Origin: Dipteris shenzhenensis
Taxonomy: Eukaryota
Assembly: GCA_047967505.1 (NCBI GenBank)
Contig: CM106538.1
Reading direction: 5' to 3' (one strand)
DNA length: 64,000 nucleotides
Both the position numbers and the translations under genes were made by a program. Within the stretch, counting starts at the first letter, position 1, and the number at the start of each line of letters is the position of its first letter. Shown here piece after piece: positions 10,871-23,726 of this stretch. The notes under the pieces were generated by a model that had not been told where the DNA came from, did no database searches, and was given only the letters and a program-made list of their open reading frames with translations.

Positions 10871-12727
10871 ACTAATCTATGCTAATCTAGAGTACACCAA
10901 CCATCGAAGCAAATAAAAGCAAGAAATAATTTCTTTTACAAAGTTCTTTTTAATTTTCTTAGGTTATAAGTGTACATAAAAAGTAAACTTAAATATCACT
11001 TTCAAGTTAAAAGGTAACTGTTCTGTAACTTCTAAATTTATAACCTAAATAAAGTTAAATTTAGGAAGAGAGAAAAATATTTATTTTTTTAAAATCTTAA
11101 TTTCATTTGGAAAAATAAATCTCTAAGTACTAAATTTACAATGCATATAAAATCAAATTTAGCAAATTAAAAATATAAGTAAAATTAAGTTTCAAATCTA
11201 CATAACAATTTTTAATCTTAAATAAGTTCAAATTTACCAAACTTAAAATGTAAATAGACAATTAAAATAAAAATTTTTAAAGTACGAGAAACTTAACATT
11301 TAAATTGTTCCTAATTTAATAATTATCTAACTACTAAATTCAAATTTTAAATTTTAAAAAAATGTAACTTAAAAAAAATTTATTTGTAAACTTAAAATTC
11401 AAATTCATTTCATTTCATTTCTAATAATCCTCGGTTCTTATGATTTTTACTTAGGTATGATTTTTAAAAAAATAAACTAAAAATTATAAAAGTGAGAAGA
11501 CTTAAAATTTTTTAAAAGGTTGCTTCAAAATTCAAATTTTAGGTTTTGAGATACTCCTCTCTACAATTTAAAATGTTTAAAAAGGTTGTTTCAAAGAATG
11601 AGGGAGGGGGGTGGAGCGGGGGGAGGGGAAAGGGGGGGGTGTGCACATGGCGAGGGGGTGCTGGGATGAGGGAGGGGTGGGGATTCAAATTTTGAATTCT
11701 CAGGCTCTCATGATTTCATTCCTCTTGTCATATGATTCATTTCTTCGTTTCTTCTTATCTTACCATCATTTTCATTCATCTTCTCCTCATTTTCTACTTG
11801 GTACGACTTCATATGGGCATGATTTGTGGGGTGTGTGTGATTGGGGTTAGGAATATCCACGGGTGAGGAGAAGGCATTGAAGACTGAGATGACTTCCTAA
11901 CCATCATACTTGGTGACTTCAAGATATGCTACATGAATTGTTTCAAAATTTCTCACCAAAGACCCGTGTGAGTCCTAGAGAGCTTGTAGCACTTTGTTAA
12001 CAGCCATAGCCCCATAATGAACATTATAGTCATAGAATGCATGGTAATGAGTGATTAGAGGTGATTGATCTTCATGATTTACTTTAACGGCTACAACCAT
12101 GGATGGAGCACAGTTGTGGGCCCTACGGGCTTACAGTTACAGGCCTTATGGGTTTTGAGCTATAAATGGCTCAAGATAAACCTCGCCAATCTAGGTTTTG
12201 AGCCTCCAATGGCTTAAGAATCGGATGGGTGAGGTTAACACAAGAACTATTTGGGACACCGGTACGAGCACCTCCTAATTCCCTGCTTGCCCCAAGAGCT
12301 CTTATATGGTTAACACAAGTGCTATTTTTGACACACGAAGAAGCGTAACAATAGGAGCTGCAATAGAAAGGGGGAAAGAAAGGATAGAGAAGATGCCTTG
12401 TCACCCTATGGGTCCAAAGCCTTGTGAATGGAAAGAGAGGGAGAGTGCAAAAAGGAAAAGGGTTGGCCCTCCCTTCAAAAGGTGACTTGTATAAAAGGTC
12501 AAATGGTTGACTTTGGTCTTCATTGTTGTATGCACCTTGTAGTTTGGAATACAAGCTCCCTCTTGTCTTCCAAGAGTGCCTTTGGGTGTGTTGTCGTTTC
12601 CCTTGTAGTGCCTTTATGTTTGCCACTCCATCCCCTTTCACTCTCTCCTTCCATCCTCCTCCCCCTCCCTTCTTCCCTCTCTTCTCTCCCCTTCTCCCTC
12701 TTCTCTCCCTTTTCCCCCTTCCCCCTT

Positions 12728-12885
12728 TTTCTTGTGGAAACACATCGCAACAATCCAAGAGCTGCTTGAGTGACACATGTGGATGGCTCGTGATTTGCAT
12801 TGCTCTCACAAGGAGTAGCTTGGAGTGGAGGCTCCATCGACATTCGTTCAAGATACCCCCATGACACATGAGTCACTGTTGAGAC
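12728..12885 (+). repeat. Dispersed repeat shared with 57437-57592 (probable LTR-element non-coding segment)
   Basis: Both copies read pyrimidine tract + ACACAT(C/T)GCAACAATCC...CACAAGGAGTAGCTTGGAGTGGAGGCTCCATCG. Confidence 0.85.
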
Positions 12886-13661
12886 TACATATCTTTGGCT
12901 CCATTGCTAGGGAGTTCAAGGTATGCTTTTGCATTGCATTTGCCTTCTCTCATCATTTACCCACCGTACATTGTTTCAAGCTTAACTTGGAGCTTTGTTA
13001 GTGGAGTTGTAGGAGTGGAATAGGTGGAGTTTGGATGGAAAAAAGGTGAAAACTGTCATTTTTCATTGGAAAGCTTGTTTTTTATGTTTGTTATTGTGAA
13101 GATTTCTGAGGTGTGTGTGATAGCAAATCCTAACAAAAACACCTAAAAATGGAGATGGAAGCTCAATTTCAAAATGGTTCTTGAGGGTGGACATCCCAAC
13201 TTGTAGAAATTTCTCATTCATGCACTAAGAGGATGTTTTTTGTTCTTCTTTGTTTAGTATAGGTAGTATAGATTTTGCATAGCACCCACAAACACTCAAG
13301 GCTAGAACAAAAACTCAAAAATCACTTGAAATCACCAAACGAAAGTTGGCAAAATTTGTGTTCTTAGACATTTCCTATCCCCATGGGTCATCGCCATAGT
13401 GCTATCTGTAAAGAATAAGGGAGAGAGATAGGAGACTCAAGTTCAGCTTTCTTCACAACACACAAAAGAGAGAGGACACAAGGTTGGAGGGTGAAGCCTT
13501 TCTTCACTTTTGCATACAACTACAATACAATAGAAGAGGGAAATACCCTATATGTCAAAACCTAGAATACGTGGTTCATATGTGAACCCAAACCAAAAAC
13601 ATATGTGGTAGTCTAACTACACCACGAGTACAACTAACATAGGCGGTGACATAAATGATAG

Positions 13662-15542
13662 TCATCCAGGAGATATGTCGGGGATAGAGCTTGATATCTC
13701 AACACTCCCCCTCAAGCTCAAATCCATCTCACGTACACCAAGCAAGCTCCTAAATCTGCGAAGCTTCTCGGTACCCAATGCCTTCGTAAAAATATCAGCC
13801 ACCTGCTCCTCAGTGCTGACATAGACAAGATCAATCTCACCAGCTAGAACCTTCTCTCTCACAAAGTGATAATGCACCTCAATGTGCTTCGTTCTAGCAT
13901 GATAAACTGGGTTATTAGCAAGCATGATGCTGCTAATGTTGTCACAATGAATGACAACTACTGCATGAACTGACTGTCCCATATCTGCAAGTAGCTTCCG
14001 TAACCAAGCTACCTCACATGCAGCCATTGCTGCACCCCTGTACTCAGCCTCTGTGCTCGACAAGGCAACTGTTGGCTGCTTCTTGCTGCTCCAACTGATG
14101 GCACCACTCCCAAGGGAAAACATAAAACCACTAGTAGATCTCCTGTCTGAGACACTACCAGCCCAGTCAGCATCTGTGTATCCATGTACCTGTAATGCAC
14201 ACCCAGCTTCATAAAACAGTCCATAATGCAATGTGGACTTCACATACCGCAGTATGCGCCTAGCCGCATCCAAATGTGGCTTCCTCGGTGCCTGCATAAA
14301 CTGACTCACCAGCCCCACAGCATAGCTCAAATCTGGTCGGGTTATAGTCATGTAAATCAAGCTACCTACTATGCGCCTGTACATAGTAATATCTTCAAGA
14401 AGCTCACCTGACTCTGCATTGAGCTTCACATTCTGCTCCAATGGAACAGAGATAGGCTTACAGCTTGTCATCCCATATTTGGATAGCATGTCCAAACCGT
14501 ATTGCCTTTGCAACAGCCATATCCCACTCGGGGATCTAATAACCTCAATGCCCAAGAAGTAACGCAGCTCTCCCAAATCCTTCATCTCAAATTTCTGCTT
14601 CAACAGCAGCTTCACTTCATTAATGTCTGCATCACTATCACCTGTAATAATCAAGTCATCAACATAGATGACTATAAGCACAATCCCTCTGTTTGTCCTT
14701 TTCACATAAAGTGAAAAATCTGAATTGGAAATCTGAAATACAATAGTGACAAGATATTGTCCTATCTTGTCTGACCATGCCCTCGGCGCCTGTTTTAAGC
14801 CATACAAGGCTTTGCGCAACCTGCATACAAAATCGGGGTGTGCTTTATCCTCATAACCTTCTGGCTGCATCATATAAACCTCTTCCTGCAAGTCACCATG
14901 CAAGAAGGCATTTTTCACATCCATCTGATGCAAAGACCATCCCTTTGCAGCAGCCATAGCAATTACTGCTCTCACGGTTGCCATCCTTGCAACTGGGCTG
15001 AAAGTTTCCTCATAGTCAATTCCATATGTCTGTGCAAAACCTTTGGCAACCAATCTTGCCTTGTACCTGCTAACAGACCCATCAGCATTGTGCTTTACTT
15101 TGTAAACCCACTTGCAGCCAATAGCCTTCTTATCATGAGGCAAAGGCATCAAATCCCAAGTGTGGTTTGCATCCAAGGCAGCCATCTCTTCATCCATAGC
15201 TGCTTCCCAATTTTTATGCCCTGCTGCATCCTCAAAACATGTGGGCTCTGGCTCCTCTAGAACCTTGACCATATAAGCATAGTGATGTGCTGTATACCCA
15301 TCATATCTCAGCCTGTCAACTGGATACTTAATACGAGTGGACCTCCGTACAACTGGATCAGTTGCAGGAGTCTTTAAATCATGCCTGCTTTTCCTTGCAC
15401 CAGGTGTAACAACAGAAGGAATCCCAAGTTCCTCATCAAGGCTCATTTCAGAGCCACTTGACTCTCCATCAACATGAGAGCTACCAGCAAACACATCAAA
15501 CACTGGAGCATGGTCCACTTTTTCTTTTCCCTTATGTGATAC
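13662..15542 (-). CDS. pol: Copia RT + RNase H, in frame with the upstream ORF beyond a single TAG
   Basis: RYKARLVAKG, QMDVKNAFLHG, LYGLKQAPRAW, YVDD, DADWAG, EAEY and RTKHIEVHYH; the frame continues through the PPT into the LTR. Confidence 0.95.
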   Translation of the reverse strand, partial: VSHKGKEKVDHAPVFDVFAGSSHVDGESSGSEMSLDEELGIPSVVTPGARKSRHDLKTPATDPVVRRSTRIKYPVDRLRYDGYTAHHYAYMVKVLEEPEPTCFEDAAGHKNWEAAMDEEMAALDANHTWDLMPLPHDKKAIGCKWVYKVKHNADGSVSRYKARLVAKGFAQTYGIDYEETFSPVARMATVRAVIAMAAAKGWSLHQMDVKNAFLHGDLQEEVYMMQPEGYEDKAHPDFVCRLRKALYGLKQAPRAWSDKIGQYLVTIVFQISNSDFSLYVKRTNRGIVLIVIYVDDLIITGDSDADINEVKLLLKQKFEMKDLGELRYFLGIEVIRSPSGIWLLQRQYGLDMLSKYGMTSCKPISVPLEQNVKLNAESGELLEDITMYRRIVGSLIYMTITRPDLSYAVGLVSQFMQAPRKPHLDAARRILRYVKSTLHYGLFYEAGCALQVHGYTDADWAGSVSDRRSTSGFMFSLGSGAISWSSKKQPTVALSSTEAEYRGAAMAACEVAWLRKLLADMGQSVHAVVVIHCDNISSIMLANNPVYHARTKHIEVHYHFVREKVLAGEIDLVYVSTEEQVADIFTKALGTEKLRRFRSLLGVREMDLSLRGSVEISSSIPDISPG

Positions 15543-18017
15543 CTACACAACACTATCAGGACTGCCATGTGACGATTCACTAGATCTCAATCTCCCTGTC
15601 CATGCATTAGATCCACTAGTAGAGGACTCTCTGGGTCCACTCAAGGCTTGAGATTGCTGCTCTGCATTTATTGCAGCATTCCCATTTCCTGCATCTGCAT
15701 CTCCTACCATAACAGTTGGTGCATACCAGCTGCTCATTTCATCAAAAACAACATCTCTGCTCACTTGCATTTTGCGGGTGGAAGGGTTATAACAGCGATA
15801 CCCTTTCTGGTGCTGAGCATATCCAATAAAGATGCATTTTTCTGCCTTTGGATCCAGCTTTGTTCTCTTCTCATCAGGAACATGAACATAAGCTATGCAA
15901 CCAAATACCTTCAAGTGAGAAATATCTGGTTTTTGGCCTGTATACATTTCTTCAGGCGTCATGCCATGGACAGCTGCAGTGGGGGTTCTGTTCATAATAT
16001 AAACAGCAGTTGCTACTGCTTTAGCCCAAAAATAATCAGGCATGTTTTTCTCATTTAGGATCGCCCGTCCTACTTCTGCAATATGCCTGTTCTTCCTTTC
16101 TGCAACCCCATTCTGCTGAGGGGTAGACCTGCATGAGTACTTCCTTTGAATTCCCTGTTCTTTCAGATATTCACAAAATTCTTCTGAAAAGTACTCTCCC
16201 CCTCCATCAGATCTTAGCACTTTAATATGCACACCTTTCTCTTTTTCAACCATGGCCTTAAAAGCCTTGAAATGGCTGAACACTTCACTTTTGTGCTTCA
16301 TAAAATAAATCCACACCTTCCTAGTGTAGTCATCAATAAACGTCACATAATAATGGCATCCACCAATAGAAGCAGCTTTGGTTGTCCAAACATCTGAATG
16401 GATCACTTCCAAAGGTCTTCTGCTCACCTTAGCATTTTTAGGAAATGCATGTCTGGCCTGCTTACCCATTTGGCATGCTTCACATACCTTTTGCATTCCC
16501 TCAACTCTGAATTTAGGCAAACCTGCAACAATGTTTTTCGTTTGCATAGATTTCAGCCTTTGTATATTCACGTGCCCAATGCGCTTGTGCCATATCTCAA
16601 TATCTGCAATGACACCTCTCCCATGCGCAAACATAGCAGCTTTCACCTCAGGCATATCAACATCCAAGGTGAACATTCTTCCATTTTTGTTGCCTTTCGC
16701 AACCAAGCGGCATTTATTTTTCAGGTCTTCAACAAAGCATCCATCAGGATTAAATCTAACCTGCAAACCTTGCTCAACCATCTGGCCAACTGAAACCAGG
16801 TTCTTAGTGATTTTTGGAACATGAAGTACATCTGCCAAGTACTTCGTTTTGCCATCCTGCATAGCCAATGGCACTTTACCAACCTGCGTAATTGGGTGCG
16901 CAGTATCATCACCTGTTTCAACATAACCTGGCTTATCCAAATTTCTGACATCATGAAACCACTCACCATGACTGGTCATGTGGTTAGAGGCACCTGAATC
17001 AACATACCAAACATCATTGCAAGCTGCAGCATCTCCTGACATGGAGTTAACCATATGCTGCATCACAAAAAGGTGCTCATTTCTATCGTCACCATGCCCA
17101 CTTGATGATGCATAGTTGCTTTGCTGCAACTTTCCACTTTTGATGTCATTCTGCTTTTTATAGCATGTATTCTCCTTGTGTCCATGCTTTCCACAATAAT
17201 AGCATTCTATGCTGCTATTTACTTGCTGGTTCCTTTGCCATGAACCACGGCCTCTTTGGCTCCCCCTGCCTCTAGAACTACCACGTCCTCCTCCATAGGA
17301 CTGGTTTTCCTGTTGTTGCTGTTGGTTCTGATTTCCTGCACGGCCACCAGAACGGCCTCTTCCTCTACCTCTGCCTCTACCTGTATTCGAGTAGAAAGCA
17401 GTCTCTTGAGAAGTTGAGGTGGCTGAACCACCATTCCTTTGCTCTTCACTCAGCAAGAGAGCAATAAGTTCCTGAAAATCAGGAAATGTTTCACGGACTC
17501 CAATAGATGTCCGAAATTGTGCATAATCTTTCCCAAGACCATTCAAGGTCACGGACACTAAGTCCTCATCATCAACAGGTGCTCCAATGGAGGCAAGAGA
17601 ATCTGCAAGGCCTTTCACCTTCAAGGAATACTCATTTATATTCATATTTTTCCTTTGCACATTGTGCAACTCCTGCTTTAGCTGCATCTTTCGTGCTTTG
17701 GTATTTGTGCTATACAGCTTCACCAATGTATCCCATGCCTCCTTAGGCGTCTCTAGATCCTGTATATGCACAATCATAGAATCTGAAATGCTAACGGACA
17801 GCCAATACAGGCATTTTCTGGCTTTTTCATGCCATTCTTTAAAGGCCTTCAATTCAGCAGGAGTGGGAGCAGCACCCAAAACTGGTTCTGCAGTTTCACC
17901 ACTGATGTAATCCCAAACTCCCTTTCCCATAAAGAAGTTTGTCATCCTGAACTTCCATGCTTGGAAGTTGTTCTTGTCAAGCTTCTCACTGACAATGGTA
18001 GACAGATTCTCAGACAT
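15543..18017 (-). CDS. gag-pol: Copia Gag-protease-integrase (from MSENL)
   Basis: CYYCGKHGHKENTC knuckle, WYVDSGAS protease, HxRIGH...CEAC, HSDVW, RSDGGGEY, QNGVAER and GKGY-like QKGYRCY; ends at an in-frame TAG. Confidence 0.95.
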   Translation of the reverse strand: MSENLSTIVSEKLDKNNFQAWKFRMTNFFMGKGVWDYISGETAEPVLGAAPTPAELKAFKEWHEKARKCLYWLSVSISDSMIVHIQDLETPKEAWDTLVKLYSTNTKARKMQLKQELHNVQRKNMNINEYSLKVKGLADSLASIGAPVDDEDLVSVTLNGLGKDYAQFRTSIGVRETFPDFQELIALLLSEEQRNGGSATSTSQETAFYSNTGRGRGRGRGRSGGRAGNQNQQQQQENQSYGGGRGSSRGRGSQRGRGSWQRNQQVNSSIECYYCGKHGHKENTCYKKQNDIKSGKLQQSNYASSSGHGDDRNEHLFVMQHMVNSMSGDAAACNDVWYVDSGASNHMTSHGEWFHDVRNLDKPGYVETGDDTAHPITQVGKVPLAMQDGKTKYLADVLHVPKITKNLVSVGQMVEQGLQVRFNPDGCFVEDLKNKCRLVAKGNKNGRMFTLDVDMPEVKAAMFAHGRGVIADIEIWHKRIGHVNIQRLKSMQTKNIVAGLPKFRVEGMQKVCEACQMGKQARHAFPKNAKVSRRPLEVIHSDVWTTKAASIGGCHYYVTFIDDYTRKVWIYFMKHKSEVFSHFKAFKAMVEKEKGVHIKVLRSDGGGEYFSEEFCEYLKEQGIQRKYSCRSTPQQNGVAERKNRHIAEVGRAILNEKNMPDYFWAKAVATAVYIMNRTPTAAVHGMTPEEMYTGQKPDISHLKVFGCIAYVHVPDEKRTKLDPKAEKCIFIGYAQHQKGYRCYNPSTRKMQVSRDVVFDEMSSWYAPTVMVGDADAGNGNAAINAEQQSQALSGPRESSTSGSNAWTGRLRSSESSHGSPDSVV

Positions 18018-19249
18018 TTTACAAATCACGAATTGCAACAGCAACCTGTAAACACAGCAAATGCCTCAGAAGGGCAAATAGCAAAACTTCTGCAAAGAGC
18101 CTCACAGGGGCAGATCTGCAACACTGACGAAAGTGGTATTTCACCACACAGTCACTTCCTCGTGACGATTTTGCATCAACAGGCAACAGGCATGAATCTG
18201 GAACTCCCAATATCTCTGCACACAGGCATACGATGCAATTTCTGTGGCACCTTTCCACCGACTAGCCGCGCGGTGGTCGCACAGCAAAAACAGGGCCTTT
18301 TTCTGAGTGCCTGCGAAGAACTTCCGCCCTCAAAACGGGCCCCGAAACGGCCTCAAATCAGAAAAATAAAGTCACCAGGGGCTTCGCCGTCTCCCGCAGC
18401 ATATACTGCGCTCTCGCCGCACCGCGAAGGACCTCTCAATCTGAAGCAGTGCACTCCTGCACTTCTGGCTGTGCTACCTGTAGAGATTTGCTCCCAAACT
18501 CGAAATAGGAAAGCTGCACTGGTCCTCTTACCAGGACACCACAAGCTTGGCTAGCTTTCTTGAGCTCCTTACCACGAACAAGGCTCTGATACCATGTAAA
18601 GAATAAGGGAGAGAGATAGGAGACTCAAGTTCAGCTTTCTTCACAACACACAAAAGAGAGAGGACACAAGGTTGGAGGGTGAAGCCTTTCTTCACTTTTG
18701 CATACAACTACAATACAATAGAAGAGGGAAATACCCTATATGTCAAAACCTAGAATACGTGGTTCATATGTGAACCCAAACCAAAAACATATGTGGTAGT
18801 CTAACTACACCACGAGTACAACTAACATAGTCGGTGACATAAATGATAGTCATCCAGGAGATATGTCGGGGATAGAGCTTGATATCTCAACACTATCTCA
18901 CCGACCTGTCTCCATAGTGCTATCCCCATGGTCAAATCTTCATTGACCTATTTTCTTAGCCCCTATCCCCACAACCTAACTTCTAACTACCATTTAACCC
19001 ACCGCCCTAATTAATACGTGTCAGAATTTGCTATCCCGTTGGTCTCGTAGGCATTGACCTGTGGTCTTGAGACTATGCCCATGACCCGTTGCCCTACTTT
19101 CAATCCCATGCTCGTCGCCATACTTACATCCTGCCACACTGAGCATCCCGCCACTCATAGCCTTAGCTCTAACCACATGATCATGGGCATACCATCTACA
19201 TTCCATCTCGCTGACACGTGTCAACTTCCTATCCCTAGCCCGTTGCTTT

Positions 19250-19340
19250 TGCTCTAACCCTATGCCCATCACTTTAGCTCTAACCCTACACTCGTCACTT
19301 TAGCTCTAACCCTACTCCCGTCACTTTAGCTCTAGCCCAG
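19250..19340. repeat. Short tandem repeat, ~26-bp unit CACTTTAGCTCTAACCCTAC
   Basis: Three to four visible copies. Confidence 0.8.
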
Positions 19341-21549
19341 ACCTCGATATCTCTTAGACAGTTAAAAAATACAAAATTAAATTTGAGCCGAGGTGTACCA
19401 CCTTGGAGATCTCATACATACACTTGACGTCTGAAAGAATTTTGTCCAAGGAAGCCGAGCCTCGAGGATAGTGTTTTGAGCTACGCTCAACCTGCCAAAA
19501 CTCAAACAAATATATAAATGAATGAAAAAGAAGATTAGGGTGTTCTGCACCCACCAAAACTTTTGTGGCTCTCTGTTTCTCTCTCTCCCTCTTCCGTTCT
19601 TGCTTCCGTTGAGAGCACTCTCAACTGGTATCAGAGCCCAAGTGATCTAGCTGAGCGTGCATGAATGCTTGAAGCTCAGTAACTCTGTGGGAGGAAGGAG
19701 AAGCTCTGTGGAAAGCTTTGTGGGTGACTACTTGCATTCGAGTGAAACATTCGAGTGTACACAGACCTTGGAAGAACCTTTGGAAAAGTCACTTTGGTTT
19801 TGCGAAGTGGTTTTGAGAGCTTGTTAAGTGTTTTCAAAGAAAAAGTCGTTTTTTGAGCTTTTCCCTGTTTCGTTTGATGACAGAGACCCCGTATTGACTT
19901 ATAGAGGCAACTATTGCTTGCTTTTGGTATCCACATCACTTCAGGAGCTTGGAAACACCTTCATTCTTGAATCTAGGATCATTCCATTAGATTTTTGACT
20001 CACTCTGTCAGTTTCTGCGTTTTTCTGCCCAGGTATTGGAACTCAAGTTTGGAGCAACCATTTGCAGATTTGTCAGTTCTGGTGGACTCAGGAGGTTCTA
20101 AAACTTCTATGTTGCTCATCATCACACTCCGGTGGAGTTTACAAACAGCTCTGTTTTCAAAAACGTTTTTCAGTCTGTGTGTTGCACCCAGTGATTGAGA
20201 CCATGGTTTCCAAATCCGTCTATCCCATTGCGTTCCGGACACCCAAAACCCCCTACTTGTCAGTTCTTATGCGATTCGGTGGAGGATTTTCAGAGTTATA
20301 GATCTCTGTGTATTCAATTTCATCTCTCTGTTATGCATTTTTCATTCTAAGGTTTTGAAACCTTAGATTTATGCCACATGGCAGTGGATAAGTGTTGACT
20401 CCCATTTCTCACTCATCGGTTGGGATTTTAGAGTTCCAGCAGAAGAGAGATATTTGTAGATTTTCTTGTTGAGTCTGATTATGCAATTGCACCCATGTTT
20501 TGAGGCATCTTAGGTTCTACTTTTCAGTAGTGGTCATTACCGTGGGACTATGATTTCTTGAGCATACCTTATGTAGATCACTCTGGTTGAAGTTTGAGCA
20601 GTGTACACTCATTCGTGGTGTGCATTGGGTTGCAGTGGATGATTTATAGGCCATTTGGATGCATTGTGGTCCTTATTGGATGCGCTAATAGGCCCAAACT
20701 GCCTTGTGGGATGCTATTTTTATGGACGCTTTGCACATGGATGCTATTTTATGCTGAGGGATAGCTTTAACACATTGTAGGTGATGCACTGATAGTGCTA
20801 TGCTCTCTTGGATGGGATATTATTAATGCATATGCCAGTGGACGATGTTTATGCTTGAGTCATTTGGCACTTATTGGCATTTTGGATTGCCATTGCAGTT
20901 GGCATTTTCTTTTGGGCCAGATTTGCTCATATGGATGCATAGTATATGCACATGAGTCAGATGCTTTGAGACATGAGTTTTGGTGATATTTCACTCTATT
21001 GTGGCATACACATTTGGGTGCACCTGGTATTTGGTGTGATTCTCTCTTGTAGGCACTAGCATTTGGGATTTTTGCTTCATTTGCATCATGGCATCCTCTT
21101 CCATGTCTGAAAAGGAGTTTTTTAGCATTAAGAAGTTTGATGGGATAAACTTTTCTTTGTGGAAAGAACAAATAAGGGATGTGCTTATTCAAAAGAAGTA
21201 GATTAAACCCTTGGCAGGGATTGAAGCTAAGCCTGCAAATATGTATGAGGATGATTGGAATGAGTTGGATGCATTAGCAAAATCTACTATTAGACTTCAT
21301 CTTGTAGAGTCAATTTATTTCACAGTAGTAAATGACCAGACTACAGAAGATTTGTGGAAGAAACTGTGTGCCACTTATGAAAAGGAAAGTGCCTCTAATA
21401 AAGTTTACCTCATGAAGAGGTTGTTTGAGCTGCAGATGAAGGAAGGGGTCTCCATTGCTTCTCACTTGAATAAATTCAATATTATTTTCAGCCAGCTTCA
21501 AGCTCAAAAGATGAATTTTGATGCAGAGACTAAGGCAATATTTCTCTTA

Positions 21550-23726
21550 TTCTCATTGAAGACCACATCATGGCTACGTATGATCTTCTTTGCTTCTGGA
21601 TCCCAGAGACGATAGCCCATCGCTCCACTTTCACCATAACCTAGAAAGATGCATTTCCTAGACTTAGGATCTAGCTTCTTTCGAAGCTCTTTTGGCACAT
21701 GTGCATATGCCTCACACCCAAATATACGCAAATGAGAGTAAGAGGGCTTCTTGCCATTCCATGCCTCTTCAGGAATACCACCATCCAAACTCTTACTAGG
21801 TGATCTATTGATCACATGCACTGCAGTCTTCATTGCCTCAGCCCAAAAACCACTAGAAAGACTTGCATTGGAAAGCATGCATTGCAACCTTTCTTGAATG
21901 GTACGGTTCATCTTTTCTGCAACTGGATTTTGCTCTGGAGTACGAGGGGATGTGAGCTCCCTCTTAATCCCACGTGTATCACAGAAATGCTGAAAGTCAT
22001 GAGAGAGATACTCTCCACCATTGTTAGTCCATAGGCATTTAAGCGTTCTACCTGACTGATTCTCAACCAAGGCCAGCCATTTCTGAAATACCTGGAACAC
22101 ATCACTCTTCTGAGCTATAGCGTAAGCCCACACTTTCCTAGTTGCATCATCAATGAATGTCACATAGTATTCAGCCCCGCCTAATGACCGTGTAGGCATG
22201 GGACCACATACATCTGAATGCACCAAATCAAGCTTTTCAAACTCTTTCTTTCCCCTTCTTTTATGGGCTGATTTAGTCTGCTTCCCATAGAGACAATGCT
22301 CACAAAATTCAAAATCAGAGAAACTCAAATGCGGTACATAACCCAAACGGCATAAGAGTTTCATTCCATTCTGGCTCATGTGCCCCAACCTGCAATGCCA
22401 CAAAGAAGTGCTTGGCTGCTCGGTTATTGCAACAACATGATCAAATACCCCTGACACATGTAAGGGATATAAAGTCCCACACTTGGCACCCCTGGCCAAA
22501 AGCATAGAGCCCTTCTGAATTTTCCAAATCTGAAAGCCAAAAGTGGTGTGAAAACTAGCATCATCTAGTTGACCCACTGAAATAAGACTCTTGGTCAGCT
22601 TAGGCACATGTCTCACATGTTTCAAAACAAATGCAGACCCATTTGCAAAAGAAAACTTTATGTCACCTACTCCCACTATGTCACATGCATAGTCATTTCC
22701 AAGATGCACACAACCTGTCTTTCCACTATCATAAGTGGAGAACCATTCCCTATGGGGAGTAACATGGAATGAAGCACCAGAATCCAAAATCCAATCCTGG
22801 GAATATGCATCATCTGAAGTGGTAAGCAACTCTGCAGATAAAGTAGACATGAAGAGAACATCATTGTCACTATCATATGTGACTGCATTGATCTCCTCAA
22901 TCTTCACTTTTCCTTTGTCCTCCCTTGGACTCTCTTCATTTTTATTTGCACCCCAATTTGCATTCTTTTTCTTATCCTTTTGCTCTCTTTTCAGCTTGTA
23001 GCAATCCTTTTTCATATGGCCCTTCTTGCCACAGTGGTAACACTCAATGTTTCATGCCCTGGATTTGCTATGAGACTTCCCTCTTTCTTGGGACTTCCCC
23101 CTTTGCACATTTAAGGCTGCATCCTGCTTGTTGCCATCCATAGACTTCCGTCTAATCTCCTCGGCCAACAAGCTACCCACAACATCATCAAATTTCAGTA
23201 CTCCACCAGGTGCAGAGTTACTGACAGCTGTTCGGAAGGTATCCCATGAGGATGGCAATGAACATAAGAGAAATATTGCCTTAGTCTCCGCATCAAAATT
23301 CATTTTCTGAGCCTGAAGCTGGCTGAAAATAATATTGAATTCATTCAAGTGAGAAGCAATGGAGACCCCTTCCTTCATTTGCAGCTCAAACAATCTCTTC
23401 ATGAGGTAAACTTTATTAGAGGCAGTTTCCTTCTCATAAGTGGCACACAGTTTCTTCCACAAATCTTCCGTAGTCTGCTCATTTACTACTGTGAAATAAA
23501 CTGACTCTGCAAGATGAAGTGTAATAGTAGACTTTGCTAATGCATCCAACTCATTCCAATCATCCTCAGACATATTTGCAGGCTTAGCTTCAATCCCTGC
23601 CAAGGGTTTAATCTGCTTCTTTTGAATAAGCACATCCCTTATTTGTTCTTTCCACAAAGAAAAGTTTGTCCCATCAAACTTTTTAATGCTGGAAAACTCC
23701 TTTTCAGACGTGGAAGAGGATGCCAT
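21550..23726 (-). pseudogene. gag-pol: Copia family B Gag-protease-integrase (nested antisense element)
   Basis: KFDGTNFSLWK, WILDSGAS, WHCRLGH...CEHC, HSDVCGP and FIDD; stop at ~23052; truncated after HDVVFNE. Confidence 0.92.

Larger units (their letters stand above)
13407..18892 (-). mobile_element. Full-length, very young Ty1/Copia LTR retrotransposon
   Basis: LTRs 13407-13704 and 18595-18892 (298 bp, TG...CA, one mismatch seen); TSD CTATC at 13402-13406 and 18893-18897; PBS at 18583-18594; PPT at 13705-13714; domain order gag-PR-IN-RT-RH. Confidence 0.98.

Noticed and set aside
12171-12876. 232-aa and overlapping ORFs
   Set aside because: Driven by a purine/pyrimidine tract in a dispersed repeat; the frame is not kept in the second copy near 57400.
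17829-18554. 241-aa antisense ORF over the Copia leader/gag
   Set aside because: Shadow frame of gag and a GC-rich leader; no recognisable motifs.
19250-19340. CTAACCCT motifs as interstitial telomeric repeats
   Set aside because: Single motifs embedded in a 26-bp unit, not tandem TTTAGGG or TTAGGG.
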